A DNA stretch of 55,471 nucleotides, filler included, from Sluysia triapertura (GCA_046118255.1; 4 parts of 4 records of this genome joined end to end with filler, not necessarily neighbours in it); one strand, 5' to 3'. Shown: positions 23,685 through 37,039, counted from the first letter of the whole stretch. Notes: generated by a model not told the origin, from the letters alone. Made by a program: numbers and translations.

Positions 23685-25828
23685 TTCAACATGTCAGTAA
23701 CAAAACTTACAACAATTTTCCTTACACAAATAGCAAAATAAAATGAAATATTTCGATTAAATACCTTTGTAATATTACTAAAGGTTATAAAAGCGATTTA
23801 TCACGTAAAATTAAGTTTCTATCAACATTCACAATATGGAATTTTCTATCAGTATTCGAATCATTAAGCTCTTTGACTATTTGATCGATTTACAATTAGT
23901 TCATATGCTGCTATTGTCATATTTTCTTCATTGTCTATTTGTTAACACTACCACTTGAGGTGCTTGTTTTAAAAAATACATTTTTAATTAATTATCAAAT
24001 ACTAAACTTACTTAGATTTTTAGTAATTAATTTTGTATTTAAATATTTTTCGTTTATTTTAAATTGCCAAATAAAAATGACCAATTATGTCACTTTGATA
24101 TTAAACTTAATGTTTCTAGAAAAAACAAACACTTATATGTCACTCTAATGTCACTAATTTGCTCATATTTACCCAACTAATAATTCATTGGATAAAAATA
24201 GATAAATCAGTAATTNNNNNNNNNNNNNNNNNNNNNNNNNNNNNNNNNNNNNNNNNNNNNNNNNNNNNNNNNNNNNNNNNNNNNNNNNNNNNNNNNNNNN
24301 NNNNNNNNNNNNNNNNNNNNNNNNNNNNNNNNNNNNNNNNNNNNATGCTATTATTCAGTAATGAAAACAAAAATGATAAAGCAAAAAAATGGCTTTTACT
24401 TGATGTAATAATTTATTTAAATTATTACATTTACATCACTTTTAATTTTTAAAATACTTCCTTTGTTTTACATATTAACTTTAAACTTATTTATTTTATA
24501 CATTAAAATAACTAATTTAAAATAACTAAATTTGATCATTGTTACAAAATATTTAGCAAAGAATGAATTGGATTTTATAATTTTATAACTGACAATAAAT
24601 TCAAATTATATATTTTAATAAAATTGTTTTGTTAATAAATTAATTTTTTGAAAATTTAATTAATGATTTGAGCGAATTGAAGCAATGGATTGGGTAAAAA
24701 ACTCAGGAAATTCTTGAAATAAGCATCAAGGTATATGAAGATCGACTCAGACATATTATTGTGCAAATGTTTTCTTAAAAAGAGTCGGTCCGCCTAATAT
24801 ATACGATTTATACCACTATTGGAGACGTATTATTAAGATTTTTATAACTTATACTTAAGAACTTTAGAAAACTTTTGCTTGTACCTTACTGCATATGTGA
24901 TAATAATTAATCGATAAATGTATAATACAACCCTTTACGAGGTGTTGTTTAATCACAGATTTTATGTTTACGCAACCCGTATTAAGGTGTTGCTTTTAAC
25001 AAATATTTTAGGAGATTTTACTTTCTTTATAAACTCTCAACAAATAACACTTAAGGTCTATTACAATAACAAGAAACCTAGTTTACAAAACCTGATTTAT
25101 AATATAAATAATTAAATTAAAAACTTAACCTTAGTTGATTTTATAAATTTAAAATGAAATTATGCAAGCCGTATTAAGGTTCTGCACGAAAAATAAAACA
25201 ATTTTAAGTAGATTTTGCGTTTCCTGTTTTAAAGTAAAACGAATAGCCCTATACAAAATTAATTACTTGACTGACACGGAATCCGCGATAAAAATTTAAT
25301 AAATATTCTTCGGAGTATTGATTTAATTCTTCTAGATTTCCCAAATTACTTAAATCGTCTTAATCTTCTTGCTAAAATTTTTAAAATCGTCTAAATTTCT
25401 TATTTATAGTATTTTTCTTTTTCAATATGGCTGCTAAAATAATTATTCTAAAAATATTTAATAAAGAATAATTAAGATTTTAAACAAATGAAAACTTAGA
25501 CAATTGGATTAAAAATTTTTAAATTATTTTTAAATTATTAAATATTAATTTTTGATTTTATTACATTATTTTTTTAATTTTATTATTCTTTTTTAAATTT
25601 TTGACATTACATCTTATCTTTTTTAATTTGATATAATAATAATTAATTAATAAAAATTTTTTATAACATATATAATAAAAACTTTAGAAAAATTCAGTTT
25701 CTAACAATTGGAAACAAAGAAAAACACTTTGAAAATCATCTTTATGTTAGCTATTAGGCCAGTCTAACATTTTTTATATTATCATAGTCAACCATACCAA
25801 ATAGTACTTTAGGCCTATATCCCAACAT

Positions 25829-25990
25829 ATCTCACCCAATTCAATTATGTTTGTCCTCAAACATCTTATAAATCATTAATTTCAACATCAGAAGGGTATT
25901 CGATGTGTGGGCTCACCAAATGGACTGACCGAGGATCGAACCCGGGACCTCTCGGTGCGCAGTTTGATGCTCCACCACTGAGCTATTTTC
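25829..25990 (-). mobile_element. tRNA-derived SINE copy 2 (full head)
   Basis: Reverse complement reads aaaaTAGCTCAGTGGtggagcatcaaactgcgcaccgagaggtcccgGGTTCGATCCtcggtcagtcca (A and B boxes). Flanked by the 23-bp direct repeat actttaggcctatatcccaacat (25806-25828, 26007-26029). Confidence 0.85.
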
Positions 25991-27982
25991 AATTATACTA
26001 AATGGCACTTTAGGCCTATATCCCAACATTAGTAAATTCGGAGAAAACACTCACAAATCTCTTTCTCGCAGAATTGATAGATTTTGTGACACTTTTTCTT
26101 TTTCAACTCTCGAGATACTTCTAATTGAATATGTCTGAGTTGATCGAATGTTTCGCCATTCACTTGCTGTCATTATCACAGTAGTTACCCTCAATAATTG
26201 TTAATAACTTACGTAACTTTTCTAAGGATTTTAATCCATTTATTGTGGCTGCTTTTTTCAGTGTTGTGAGCTAAGTACCTTTGCATTTCCATCTTTACGG
26301 TTATTCTTCTTTTCGAGGTGTCGTTCTTAACATCAGACTTTAAGTTATTTCTTTGAAACTATTGAGATTATTAATATATTTTGGTTTTTTTTAATTATAA
26401 AATATTTACATTAATTTTTATTAATTAATTAGACCATGAAATTATTTTAAATTATACAATTATAATTTTAGTTTTAAATGATCGCAGTACATAAAAGCAT
26501 GAAAGCATGAAATTTTCATGAAGTAATTAATTATAAGAAACAATTCATGTATAAACTATTTAATTGAAATTTTAGTTGACAAATTANNNNNNNNNNNNNN
26601 NNNNNNNNNNNNNNNNNNNNNNNNNNNNNNNNNNNNNNNNNNNNNNNNNNNNNNNNNNNNNNNNNNNNNNNNNNNNNNNNNNNNNNNNNNNNNNNNNNNN
26701 NNNNNNNNNNNNNNNNNNNNNNNNNNNNNNNNNNNNNNNNNNNNNNNNNNNNNNNNNNNNNNNNNNNNNNNNNNNNNNNNNNNNNNNNNNNNNNNNNNNN
26801 NNNNNNNNNNNNNNNNNNNNNNNNNNNNNNNNNTCCTAGCTCTAGGTATGAATATTAAACTACAAATACTACGTTTTTAATTAGCATAAATAAAAAAGTA
26901 AAAAATAAGTTCAATTTCGTACTAATTTGAAAAATGAAAGTCAATTTATTTTTTATTCATAACTTTACAAATAATTATAATTTTAAATTATATTTTTTTT
27001 ATAGAAAATTCATTTTAATACATTTCAAATATTCCAATAAATTTTTTTAAAATGTTACTTTAATTATTTATAATGTTTATTGTTACAAAAATAATAAACT
27101 ATATAAATTATTTATCGATATTTAATGGAAATGCCATTATGATCACAATAAACAATTTCTATATTTAATGCGCTGTTATTTTTATTATATTTAACAATTT
27201 TATTAATTTATACACTACATATATTTAGGTTTTACAAAGCATATTTGTAACAGTAATAATAAATTAATTTAAATATCACTAATCTCTACGAATAAGAAAT
27301 AAATATTTAAAAACGCTTAAAATCCGAAATTCTTCGTATGTTTCTAATAGAATAGTTTATCATTTTTAATGAGTTAAAATGTTTCGTTAAAACATTCATA
27401 ATCTATCAAATTATCATGTGAAAATAATATTTAAGTAAAGGTAAAGTTAAAATAAATATTTAATAATTTGAAATAAACTGAAATTCAGTAGTTACAAAGA
27501 AATTTAAAGGATTTTCTTGAAAAATGTATTTAAATTAAATAAAAACAAAACAGAAAATAGAAAACGTGAAGTAGAACTCAACATACTTGATTAGCAAATA
27601 ATGAAGGCTACGAATTAAGCAGAAGTACCGAAAATACCACAAATACAATCACTAAATAAATAAATTACAGTGTTAAACTAATAATGCAGGAAAATTTTAT
27701 ATATAGAAGAAATTGGCTAAATATCACGAAAATACACGAAAACTTAATTAAAGAAAAATTATTAGAATGGAATTCAAAAATCACTGGTTATAGTATAATA
27801 TCCGCGAAGAAACCTATGTAAAGATAAATTTTCTCCTGATATTGCAATAAATAAATTCTTATTTATTTGCATATGGATACTATATAAATGTTATTCATTT
27901 GAACAATGGTATTTGATAGATTAATATCAGATTATTAAAGAATAGTTTATCTATTTTATTTAGTGGCATAACTGGTTCTTAT

Positions 27983-28156
27983 TGTAGTGGTTCAACCGTC
28001 TTCTTAAAATTTTACTTAGAAAATCAATTAAAATATTGCTGTTTTTTCTTAACTTATAGTGAGTCCACCAACGTCCTAGACTTACCAGTTAGGACTAGCC
28101 ATTGGGTTTTAATAAAAAATTTAATATGGAGGTTAAATTATGGTCTGATCACTATA
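27983..28156. mobile_element. Short copy of the TGTAGTGG-ended repeat family
   Basis: TGTAGTGGTTCAACC...taaattatggtctgatCACTATA. The left end plus 'cttaaaattttac' resembles 15118ff; the right end resembles 15511-15534. Confidence 0.55.
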
Positions 28157-29382
28157 TTTTAATTACACAACTTAGTTTATTTTGTAATAAGAATCGTTAA
28201 AGATAAACTTTCTTAAATTATTTATTAAACAATAAATGTTATCTATGAATTTAGGATTTATAATTAATTTGACTTTACAAATCCGAGTAAATTTCGGAGA
28301 AATCGTATATACAAACGTGTTTTAGGATTTTGAAACTATTTAATTTACATTCGATTCGATAAATGAATTTATTATAGACTTAATTAACAAATATTAAATT
28401 CAAAGACTAATTTACAAATGTATATTAAACACAAAAAAGAAAATTTATAAAACTGATGGCAATAATAGTATAATGACACAAGATAATTAATATGTTACTA
28501 TTTTAACTTAATTGAAATTAATAAAATACAATAACTGATTTTTAAATGAGATTTTACGCAAGAACCATGAAATTGTTTCAAAAATTTATTTTACATAAGA
28601 CGTTTATTTTACATAAGTACTTATAAAAGTACCTTAAACTTATTAAAAATAAACTAACGAAAAACCGTGAATTAAAAAATTTGTCCAATCCAATTTATTG
28701 TCCAAGAATTGTGCCTTCTAAAAGTCTGACTCAAAAATTGCTTTTTGCAAAAACTGCTTCAAAAGTTAATACTCAAAAAATTGTGTTTTATTTTGTGTAA
28801 AAAAGGCTAATTTATAGTAATTTTAATCCTCCTTGAACGACTTTGGACAAACAGATTTTAAAATTGAAATATTTAATTTTTTTATTTTTAAATTTGCATT
28901 ATTTTATTTAAACAAATATTTAACTTTTGCTTTAAGATTTACTAAAAACACTTTCATTAATAATATTAGATCCAATGGACAATATTAAAAAATCAATAAT
29001 TAATTGTCTATAATAAGTAATTTAGAATGTATATAATCAATCAATACAAATAATCATCAATAAACAGTAAATAAATAAATAAACAAATAAACAGTAAACC
29101 ATAACAGTAAACACAACTAGTTAAACATCTGAACTTTTCAACGCAAACAACTTTTTAAACTATAAAATAACTCCACAAGATAATCAAACAACATGATAAT
29201 GAAAGTTCCCTAAAATTATACCATGCTAATATTTGGAAATCTTAAAAGAAATTTAAAAAATAGAACACAAGGTAAAAGAGCCAAACGTATTCTGAGATTA
29301 AGCACGACTTTGGCATGTCTAGTTGATTTAGTAATTTATTTTTATTTTATTTATTAAGTTAAGTATTAATTATTTTTTTATC

Positions 29383-31447
29383 AAGAACTTCATCGTTAAA
29401 CTGAAAGTGCCATCGGTTATAATGGCTAAACCGATCGAAATGGCATCACTCTCCATATTCGCCATGCCGCTTACATTTGGAAATTTCATACACCGACGAC
29501 TAGAATTCCTTACAGACACGGGTGCAGCTGTATCAGTAATCCCTAACAAGCTATGTAGGAAATCAAATCAACCCAGTCAGTATCTAACTGCATCGAACGG
29601 ATCATCCGTAGCGTGTTATGAACTAAAATTCCATCTACCAAAGTTCAACAAAATGTTTGAATGGGATTTTACAATAGCTGCAGTGCAACAACCAATACTA
29701 TGAGCTGATTTTTTCGATCATTACGAACTCCTGGTAGGCTGCAGAAATAAAAAAAACTCATAAATCTAGAAGGAAAGTTCTACCAGATAAGTTTGGACCA
29801 CAATTCTATCAACAAAGAAAATGTTATACAATACATAGAAATAAAATATCCAAGCTTACTGATGGAAGAGTTTTCAACAGATCAGAACTCTACCTCTGTT
29901 CGCTTCATTCAAACAATCCCAACTACACCGTGCAAATTACGTCGTCGGGAATTATCTCAAGAAGTTCGCGCACAGGCAGAACAAGAATTTCTCGACATAG
30001 AGAAACAGAGAATCATGCGCCGATCCTCTTCGTCTTGGGCTGCACCCTTGCAAATAGTAAAGAAAAGAGACGGGTCAATCAGGATATGCGGTGACCATCG
30101 AATGTTAAATAAAGTCACGATCCTTGATGCATATCCTATTCCTTTAATAACGTACCATCAAATTCCGGTAGACCCAGAGGATATCGCGAAGGCCGCAGTT
30201 ACAACACCTTTCGGCTTATTCGAGTATACAAGAATGCCGTTTGGTCTTCGAAATGCTGCTCAGACCTTTCAACGACACATAGATCATATCCTTCAAGATC
30301 TACCATTCGTTGCAGCATACATCGATGATATTATCATCGCTTCAACTGATGATAATTCACACAAACAACATCTCGACCAAGTTTTAAAACTGCTGGCAGA
30401 TCATAATTTAATAATCAAATCGAAGAAATGCCAATTCTTTCAATCTACAATTGCATTTCTTGGCCATGAGATCTCTTCTGACGGAATTGAACCATTACCA
30501 AGCCGTACAGAAGCAATAGGGAATTTCCCGAAACCAGAAACAGTCACGCAAATGCGGAGTTTCTTTGGCCTAGTCAATTACTGCGCAGATTTCTGCCAAA
30601 ACTTTCTGAGATCTTAGCACCACTAACTGCTTTATCATCTGGAAAGAAGACTCGAATAATAAATTGGAATGGAACTTCGTTAGCTGCATTTCAAGAAATA
30701 AAAGGTCACATTACCAAAATGCAGAGTCTAGCATTTCCATTACCAAATAAAAAATTCATATTAACAACTGATGGGTCAAATATGGCAGTTGGTGCAGTTT
30801 TAACCAAATATCACGACGAAGTGCCACAACCAAGTGAATTTTACTCGCATAAATTATCCAACCAACAAACACGATATTTCGCTTTTGATCGTGAACTTTT
30901 GGCAATTTACCTAGCAGTGAAACACTTCGAATATTTGCTAATGCCAGTGAAATTTACACTTCGAACAGACCACAAGCCTTTGTTATTCATCTTCTCCATG
31001 AAAAACCCTTCGCCAAGGCAATAAAGGCATATCAGCTACCTGTCGGAGTTCAATTTCGATATACAGCATATCCCTGGACAGGAAAACGTGGTCGCTGATG
31101 CCTTATCAAGAGTTGGCATTAGTAGCATCGAATTTCAGTCGATGTTTTCAATTGAAGATCTAAAAGGTAATCCTCCTTCAGCAGAAGATCTATCGAAGTT
31201 TTCTGCTATACCAACGTTACGAGATAGAGTATATTTCGATCACCAATTGTCAGGAATTTCACGGCCAGTTCTTAATCCAAACTTGAGGATTAAAGCATTT
31301 GAATTTATTCATAACACAACGCACTCAAGTGCCAAATCTACATACGAAATTTTTAAATCAAAGGTAATTTGGCCTCTTATGCGGAAAGATATTAAAAATT
31401 GGACCAAATCATGTCTCACCTGCCAGGCGATGAGAACACAAAGATAC
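29383..31447 (+). mobile_element. Ty3/Gypsy LTR retrotransposon pol remnant (PR-RT-RNaseH-integrase Zn finger), degenerate; no LTRs seen
   Basis: Protease FLTDTGAAVSVIP; RT SSWAAPL..VKKRDGSIRICGD, MPFGLRNAAQTFQR, YIDDIII; RNaseH LTTDGSNMAVGAVL, FDRELLAIYLAVKHF, TDHKPL; NVVADALSR; integrase H..TH...CLTCQ. Stops at 29701 and 31022, plus frameshifts. Confidence 0.97.
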
Positions 31448-31523
31448 CTGTTAGACTTCGTAAAATGGACTGACCGGGGATCGAACCCGGGACCATCGTC
31501 TGCGCAGTCCGACTGCTCTACCA
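31448..31523 (-). mobile_element. tRNA-derived SINE copy 3, interrupting the Gypsy integrase and running into a gap
   Basis: Reverse complement reads tggtagagcagtcggactgcgcagacgatggtcccgGGTTCGATCCccggtcagtccattttacgaagtctaacag, matching copies 1 and 2. Confidence 0.85.
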
Positions 31524-31623
31524 NNNNNNNNNNNNNNNNNNNNNNNNNNNNNNNNNNNNNNNNNNNNTTAATTAATTAANNNNNNNNNNNNNNNNNNNNN
31601 NNNNNNNNNNNNNNNNNNNNNNN

Positions 31624-31685
<62 letters not shown>

Positions 31686-33391
31686 GTAATAATAATAAGT
31701 TTGAAAGAAAAATGCACTTAAAACTTATTTATCTAGAAAGTAATCTTTATTATAAAAAATTATTATTATTAATTACAATTATAATTGGACTTTATAATAT
31801 TTGGTCATTTAATGTGAATAATTATTTAATCTTATATTTAATACAAGTTATTTCTAAATATATATTTATTGCAAATTCTTCAAATTAAACTGATGTAGAA
31901 TAAGGATGTTAAAATATCGAAATTTATAATGTTTTCTGTATTTCCATTGTAATAAAATTTACATTGGATATTTGTAAGACATTTTGTGGACTGAAAAGGA
32001 ATTTAATCCACAATCTTAATTTTGTAAAGATAAAAATAACTTTTCAGAGTTTACACTATTTTTTTAATTATGGATTTTTCTTTTACAAACAAAAAACATT
32101 TTTAAGGATCATACCACAAAATTGTTTTGATATTTTACTCTGCGTGCATTAAAGTAGGATATCAAGGATGTAACTTTATGTAAAACTAACATAAATCAAA
32201 TATTAATTTAATTATTTAATTAATGTAAAAATTAGGGTAATATTTATGAGCTAAAAATATTTAAATATGTTAAAATGAATTCTTAGTTTCTGGTAATAAT
32301 CTAAACTTCTTTAATAATATTTTCACTTCATATTACTACTAAAACTTATCTGAAGGTACAATCTTTTATTATTTTAGGTTTCGTCTTATTTTGCTAATAA
32401 TATCTATACTTTATCTATTACATTTATGAAACTTATAAGTTGTAAATATTTAAATGTGCCCAGGTAAAAGCTCTGTCTTATAATTAACTTTATATACTTT
32501 AATTATAAGACTAATATTCAATATTCAAAGGCTACATTTTTACTAATATAAACTTTTCTAATTACACTCTGTGTCAATATAATTCTAATTTATCTGAAGA
32601 CATGATTTATTATTAATGTAAACTTCCATTAATTTCTTTCACGTAGTATATTTATCTTATCTGGAAGTGTGGATTCAAAAACTCGTCCCAACTATTGTCG
32701 AACTCTGTCTTACCAGTTTTGTATAATTAAACTTTATGATAATTTATGTTGTTTCATCAAAACTTTACTTTGAATTAAAATGATTTAATATTTGTAATAT
32801 TTCGCATCCTTAACATCAACCCCTTTCACAAAAAAATATAACAAAATTATTATTATTTTATTGAAAAAAAATAAAATAAAATATTTAATATAATTTATTT
32901 TAATTATATTGCAGTCTAATTTATGCATAAAATATAAATTAAAATAATTATCTTTTATTCTAAATAACAAATAATTTTAATTAAAAATTTGTCCAGCAGA
33001 AAAACAACAATTCTTACTTTATTTGTCAACAGGTCAATTGTTATTTGTCTTAAATAAATCGGATTCTGACAAAACTGATACAAAAGAAATTTTCTTTGAT
33101 TATAAAATTGGTCAACATCAAGTTTTGTTTTCGTTTTGATTATTTGTAATTGTTCTATACCACCGCAAAATAATCCTCGGCATGATTTGAGTCAATTATG
33201 TTGAAGAAAATTGAGAGTATATATAATATTCCAAGTTATTAGATTAATAATATTATTCCAAATTATAAATTACAAATAATAAATTGTTCAATTTTTTATG
33301 CACGAAATATTATTAAAAAACGATCATACAAATTTATGTAAAATATTATATACAAATGAATAAACTGAACTAATTTTTTATCTAAATCGCG

Positions 33392-33892
33392 ATTTAAATT
33401 AATTTTGATCGAAAATATTGTTATTAATTTAATTTTATTTAATTACATAGTAATTTTATTTAATCTCAATTAAATATGATTTATCTTGCATGTTATAATG
33501 TTCTAAATCATGTTTTTAAGATAATTTTGATAAAGTTTTATGCTCTTAAAGTTTAAGTTCATAAAATTCTTAGTGATTTTTATTTTTAAATAATTTATTG
33601 ATTATAATAATAAGGTTTGATGTTTATAATTTTATAATTTCATATTATCTTTTTAGCATCTCACTTTAAAATAATTATTTATACAATTTCAATTTAAAAT
33701 TGATTGTTATTTGTTTCTAAATTTTGAATTTATATAAACTTTATGTAATCTCATTTTAATTTAATGAAATTAAACATTAAGAACATAAAATCCGATTAAA
33801 ATTAACTATATGTAAGTTAAAATTATATTAAATTGAGATAGATTGTAGTTAAAAATTAATAACATTATTTTCGATCAAATTTAACTTAAATT
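33392..33892. repeat. Long imperfect inverted repeat (foldback/MITE-like)
   Basis: Left arm ~33392-33570 and right arm ~33757-33892 are reverse complements, e.g. tttgatcgaaaatattgttattaattt / aaattaataacattattttcgatcaaa and ttttatgctcttaaagtttaa / ttaaacattaagaacataaaa. Confidence 0.75.
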
Positions 33893-33970
33893 AAAGATAT
33901 GACAAAATAATATTGACTGGAAGTAATTCTTATTATAATTTTGTGATTATTAGTAATTATTATTATTATA

Positions 33971-34001
<31 letters not shown>

Positions 34002-34534
34002 AGCAAATAATTATTCTGTTACATATAAATTTTTGTTGATCTATAATTTTTAATTAATAATAACTATCTGGATTAACTATTAAATAGTGTTTTGAATTAT
34101 TCTATTGATGTTTCATAACATTAATTAAATATATGATAAATGTTAATAATGTTTGGATTAATAATTTAATAGCATAATTTTTCGATAATTCTATTAACTA
34201 GAAGTAATTATTATATAAAAGTAGCTGTAATATATAAATGATAAAAACACGAATAATTTCGAGATTATCGTTAATTCATAAACAGTTTTGGAGATATTAA
34301 ACGAAAGGAGAAGACGTCAGAACATTTTACTAACATTTTTTAGAGTAATTGAAAGTTGTCGAGACATTTTACTAATAATTCTGGAGGTATTACACTTCGA
34401 TTTTATAAAAACAGCTAAGTATTACTTCCAGTTAAAGTAAAAGAAAATTAATTTACATGCATAAATTTCATAAAAATAAAAATTATTATTCAAAAATTCC
34501 TCGAGAAGTGATTTGTGATCCCGAATAACATGTA

Positions 34535-34926
34535 ACAGAATATCCAATGGAATTACACCTTACAGCTGGAGCTATTGTAATAAAAAGTAGTCTTTGCAAT
34601 GCAGTTCGTTTCAAAGTTATCAGAATTTTATCAAGCATTACAGATTGTGAACTTGTTACTGAAGTTTTGCCGGAAAACATGTTTTGGTACCAAAAATTAA
34701 ATTAGAACAAAAGATGATTTGTTTCCATTTAAATTTCAATTTAAATTGCAAGGGAAAATGTTTTACGAAATTGGAATTAAACTTGATTCTACCCTTTTTT
34801 GCACACGGACAATTATATGTGGCGTTGTTTCGAATCAAGTCAATGCTTTCCTTAATGATTAATGGAAATACTTCAACAAGCAAAAATATTGTTACAAAAA
34901 GATATTTAAACAAAGTTTTAGTTTAA
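34535..34926 (+). mobile_element. Helitron RepHel C-terminal PIF1-helicase remnant
   Basis: ELHLTAGAIVI..LCNAVRFKV..ITDCELVT/FAGKHVLVPKIKL...KGKCFTKL..LILPFFAHGQLYVALFRI...SKNIVTK, versus Helitron 'LHLKVGA.VM..GLCNGTRL...QGQTL..VG..L..PVFSHGQLYVALSRV...TKNIVY'. Internally deleted. Confidence 0.85.
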
Positions 34927-37039
34927 AGTATTCATACACATGCAGCTCGTTCTTAACTCATTACTGGCTGTTGACGTAGTAATACGTCATTTTATATTCG
35001 AAATTCAGTAGCCGCTGACGTAGTAGTACGTTTTTTGACAGAATAACTTTGTTTGTATTGCCATCAAACAGTCAATTAAGAATTTTTAGCGGACAGTTAT
35101 GAGATAATTTTTAAAAAATCAGTTAAAATAAACACAAAAATTATTATAATAATTATTAGATGTTTAATTTACATTCAAATTATTCCCCATTATGAGTTTT
35201 TTTTCAATTTTTTCATTATTTACTTAATACACAATTTCTTTCTACTTTAAATATAATTTGTTTTCTTATTTAAAATATTTTAATGTAGAAAAACATTTCC
35301 TTTATTTTTCAAAATTAAATTATTTTAAAATATTTTACAAATTCATTTATTATTCTATTACAAGGGTTACCAGCGAATAGAAACATTCTTTCTATTTCAA
35401 GAATATTGTTGAATGATTTATTTTAAGCGCTTTTCAGTACTTATTTTTAGACATTTAATATATTTATATCGATTTGTAACAAAAGAAAGCAATGAGTATT
35501 CATTGAAGATGATTTTAACTCAGAATATAAATTATCGCTAATTAAAACAAAAATTGTCTTTAATTACATAAAAATCTTACAAGTTTTGTATAGTTTTTAA
35601 GAATTTTTACGTATTTGATGATCAATTTTTGATTACTGTAATACTTAATTTTTCTTAATTGGATCGAAGAATTTTCTTTGCTTTTTACCTCAGTGTTACG
35701 GTGATGTGAAAATATTAGAAAAAGTTTTGAAAATAATTTAAAGAAAATTTACTTTGTTAAGAGATAAATTACTCACGAAAATATTGATGTTTATGATATT
35801 AGTGGTGATATAAACGAACCATTAGGATTATATACAAATATGCACATTATACAAACTAATAAGAATCTAAAAACAAAGCTATATATCTGTTTCATTAGAA
35901 ATTTCTTTTTTAATTAATTAACATTTGATTTTGATTGGTTTATATTCTATAATAATTATATTTTATTTTCAGATCTACGATAATTATAAATATTCCTTCG
36001 AACAAATTATACAGTAAATTTATTGATCAAGTTTGTATATTTAACGGTTAATTTCTGTTTAGTCTAGTTATTTTCTTTGATTTATTTTATTTTAGTTTTA
36101 ATTGATTTCATCAAATAAATTTTGAAGTATGATTTTAAAAATATAATAATGAATTTTTTAGGAATTGCTTTTTGAATTATTTAAAAGAATGTTTTTTCCT
36201 ATAAATCTTTAAACAAAACCGTACTCAAATTTTTTTAATGAAAAATAGTCAAATTTAATTTAGAATTTTTTAATACTATTTAATTACTTATTTTAATAAG
36301 TAGATAAATTAAAATAATTCCTAAAATAAAAATTATTGATATTAAAACCATACGTTAGAATTATTTTGATAAGTTATTAAAAACTAAATGTTCAATGTGA
36401 AATAAATGATATTTATTTAAATGATATTTAAATGACTAATGTATCCGAAAATAAATAACGAATTTTAAAATCTATATAATATAAAAATACATAATATAGT
36501 AATATAATACATATATAAAAATCATTCACTGATTGATTCATTGGATAATAAATGTGTATCAATTATTAAGTCATAAAATTATTTGTTTTAAAAATAATAA
36601 GCTTTAAAGATTTAGCATAATAAATAAATGCCTTAATTAAAAGTACAGTATAAAATAATGAAGAATGATAGACTACGTCATAAAGTTTCAAAATTATAAG
36701 TACATACAACAGTTACAATAATTTTAAATTTTATAATAATTACAAAAAATTGTAATTGGATTAAAATAGTAAATTTAACTTAAAAATTACCTAAATAAAT
36801 CATTACTTGTATAATTAATACGAATATACTATATTTATACAGGTGAATCTGTACTATTATTTATTAAACAGTTACTAAATTAATATACATTAAATAACAC
36901 TTCCAGACATTATCGAGTTGCCAGTAGTATATTAAAGTGTATGGTTTTAAAAATCTTTCACTTTTAGTTTATTAGATAATTTGATCATTTTGTTATAATA
37001 AATTTTTATTCTTATCCAGAGTACTACATTCAGATTTCT

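Noticed and set aside
24928-25190. CRISPR-like array
   Set aside because: Only 3-4 degenerate units with irregular spacing, in a eukaryotic context with no cas genes.
25915-25990. tRNA gene
   Set aside because: No acceptor-stem pairing, a disrupted anticodon arm, and a shared non-tRNA body in other copies: it is a SINE head.
24159-26839. ORFs containing X runs
   Set aside because: They are open only because they cross N gaps.
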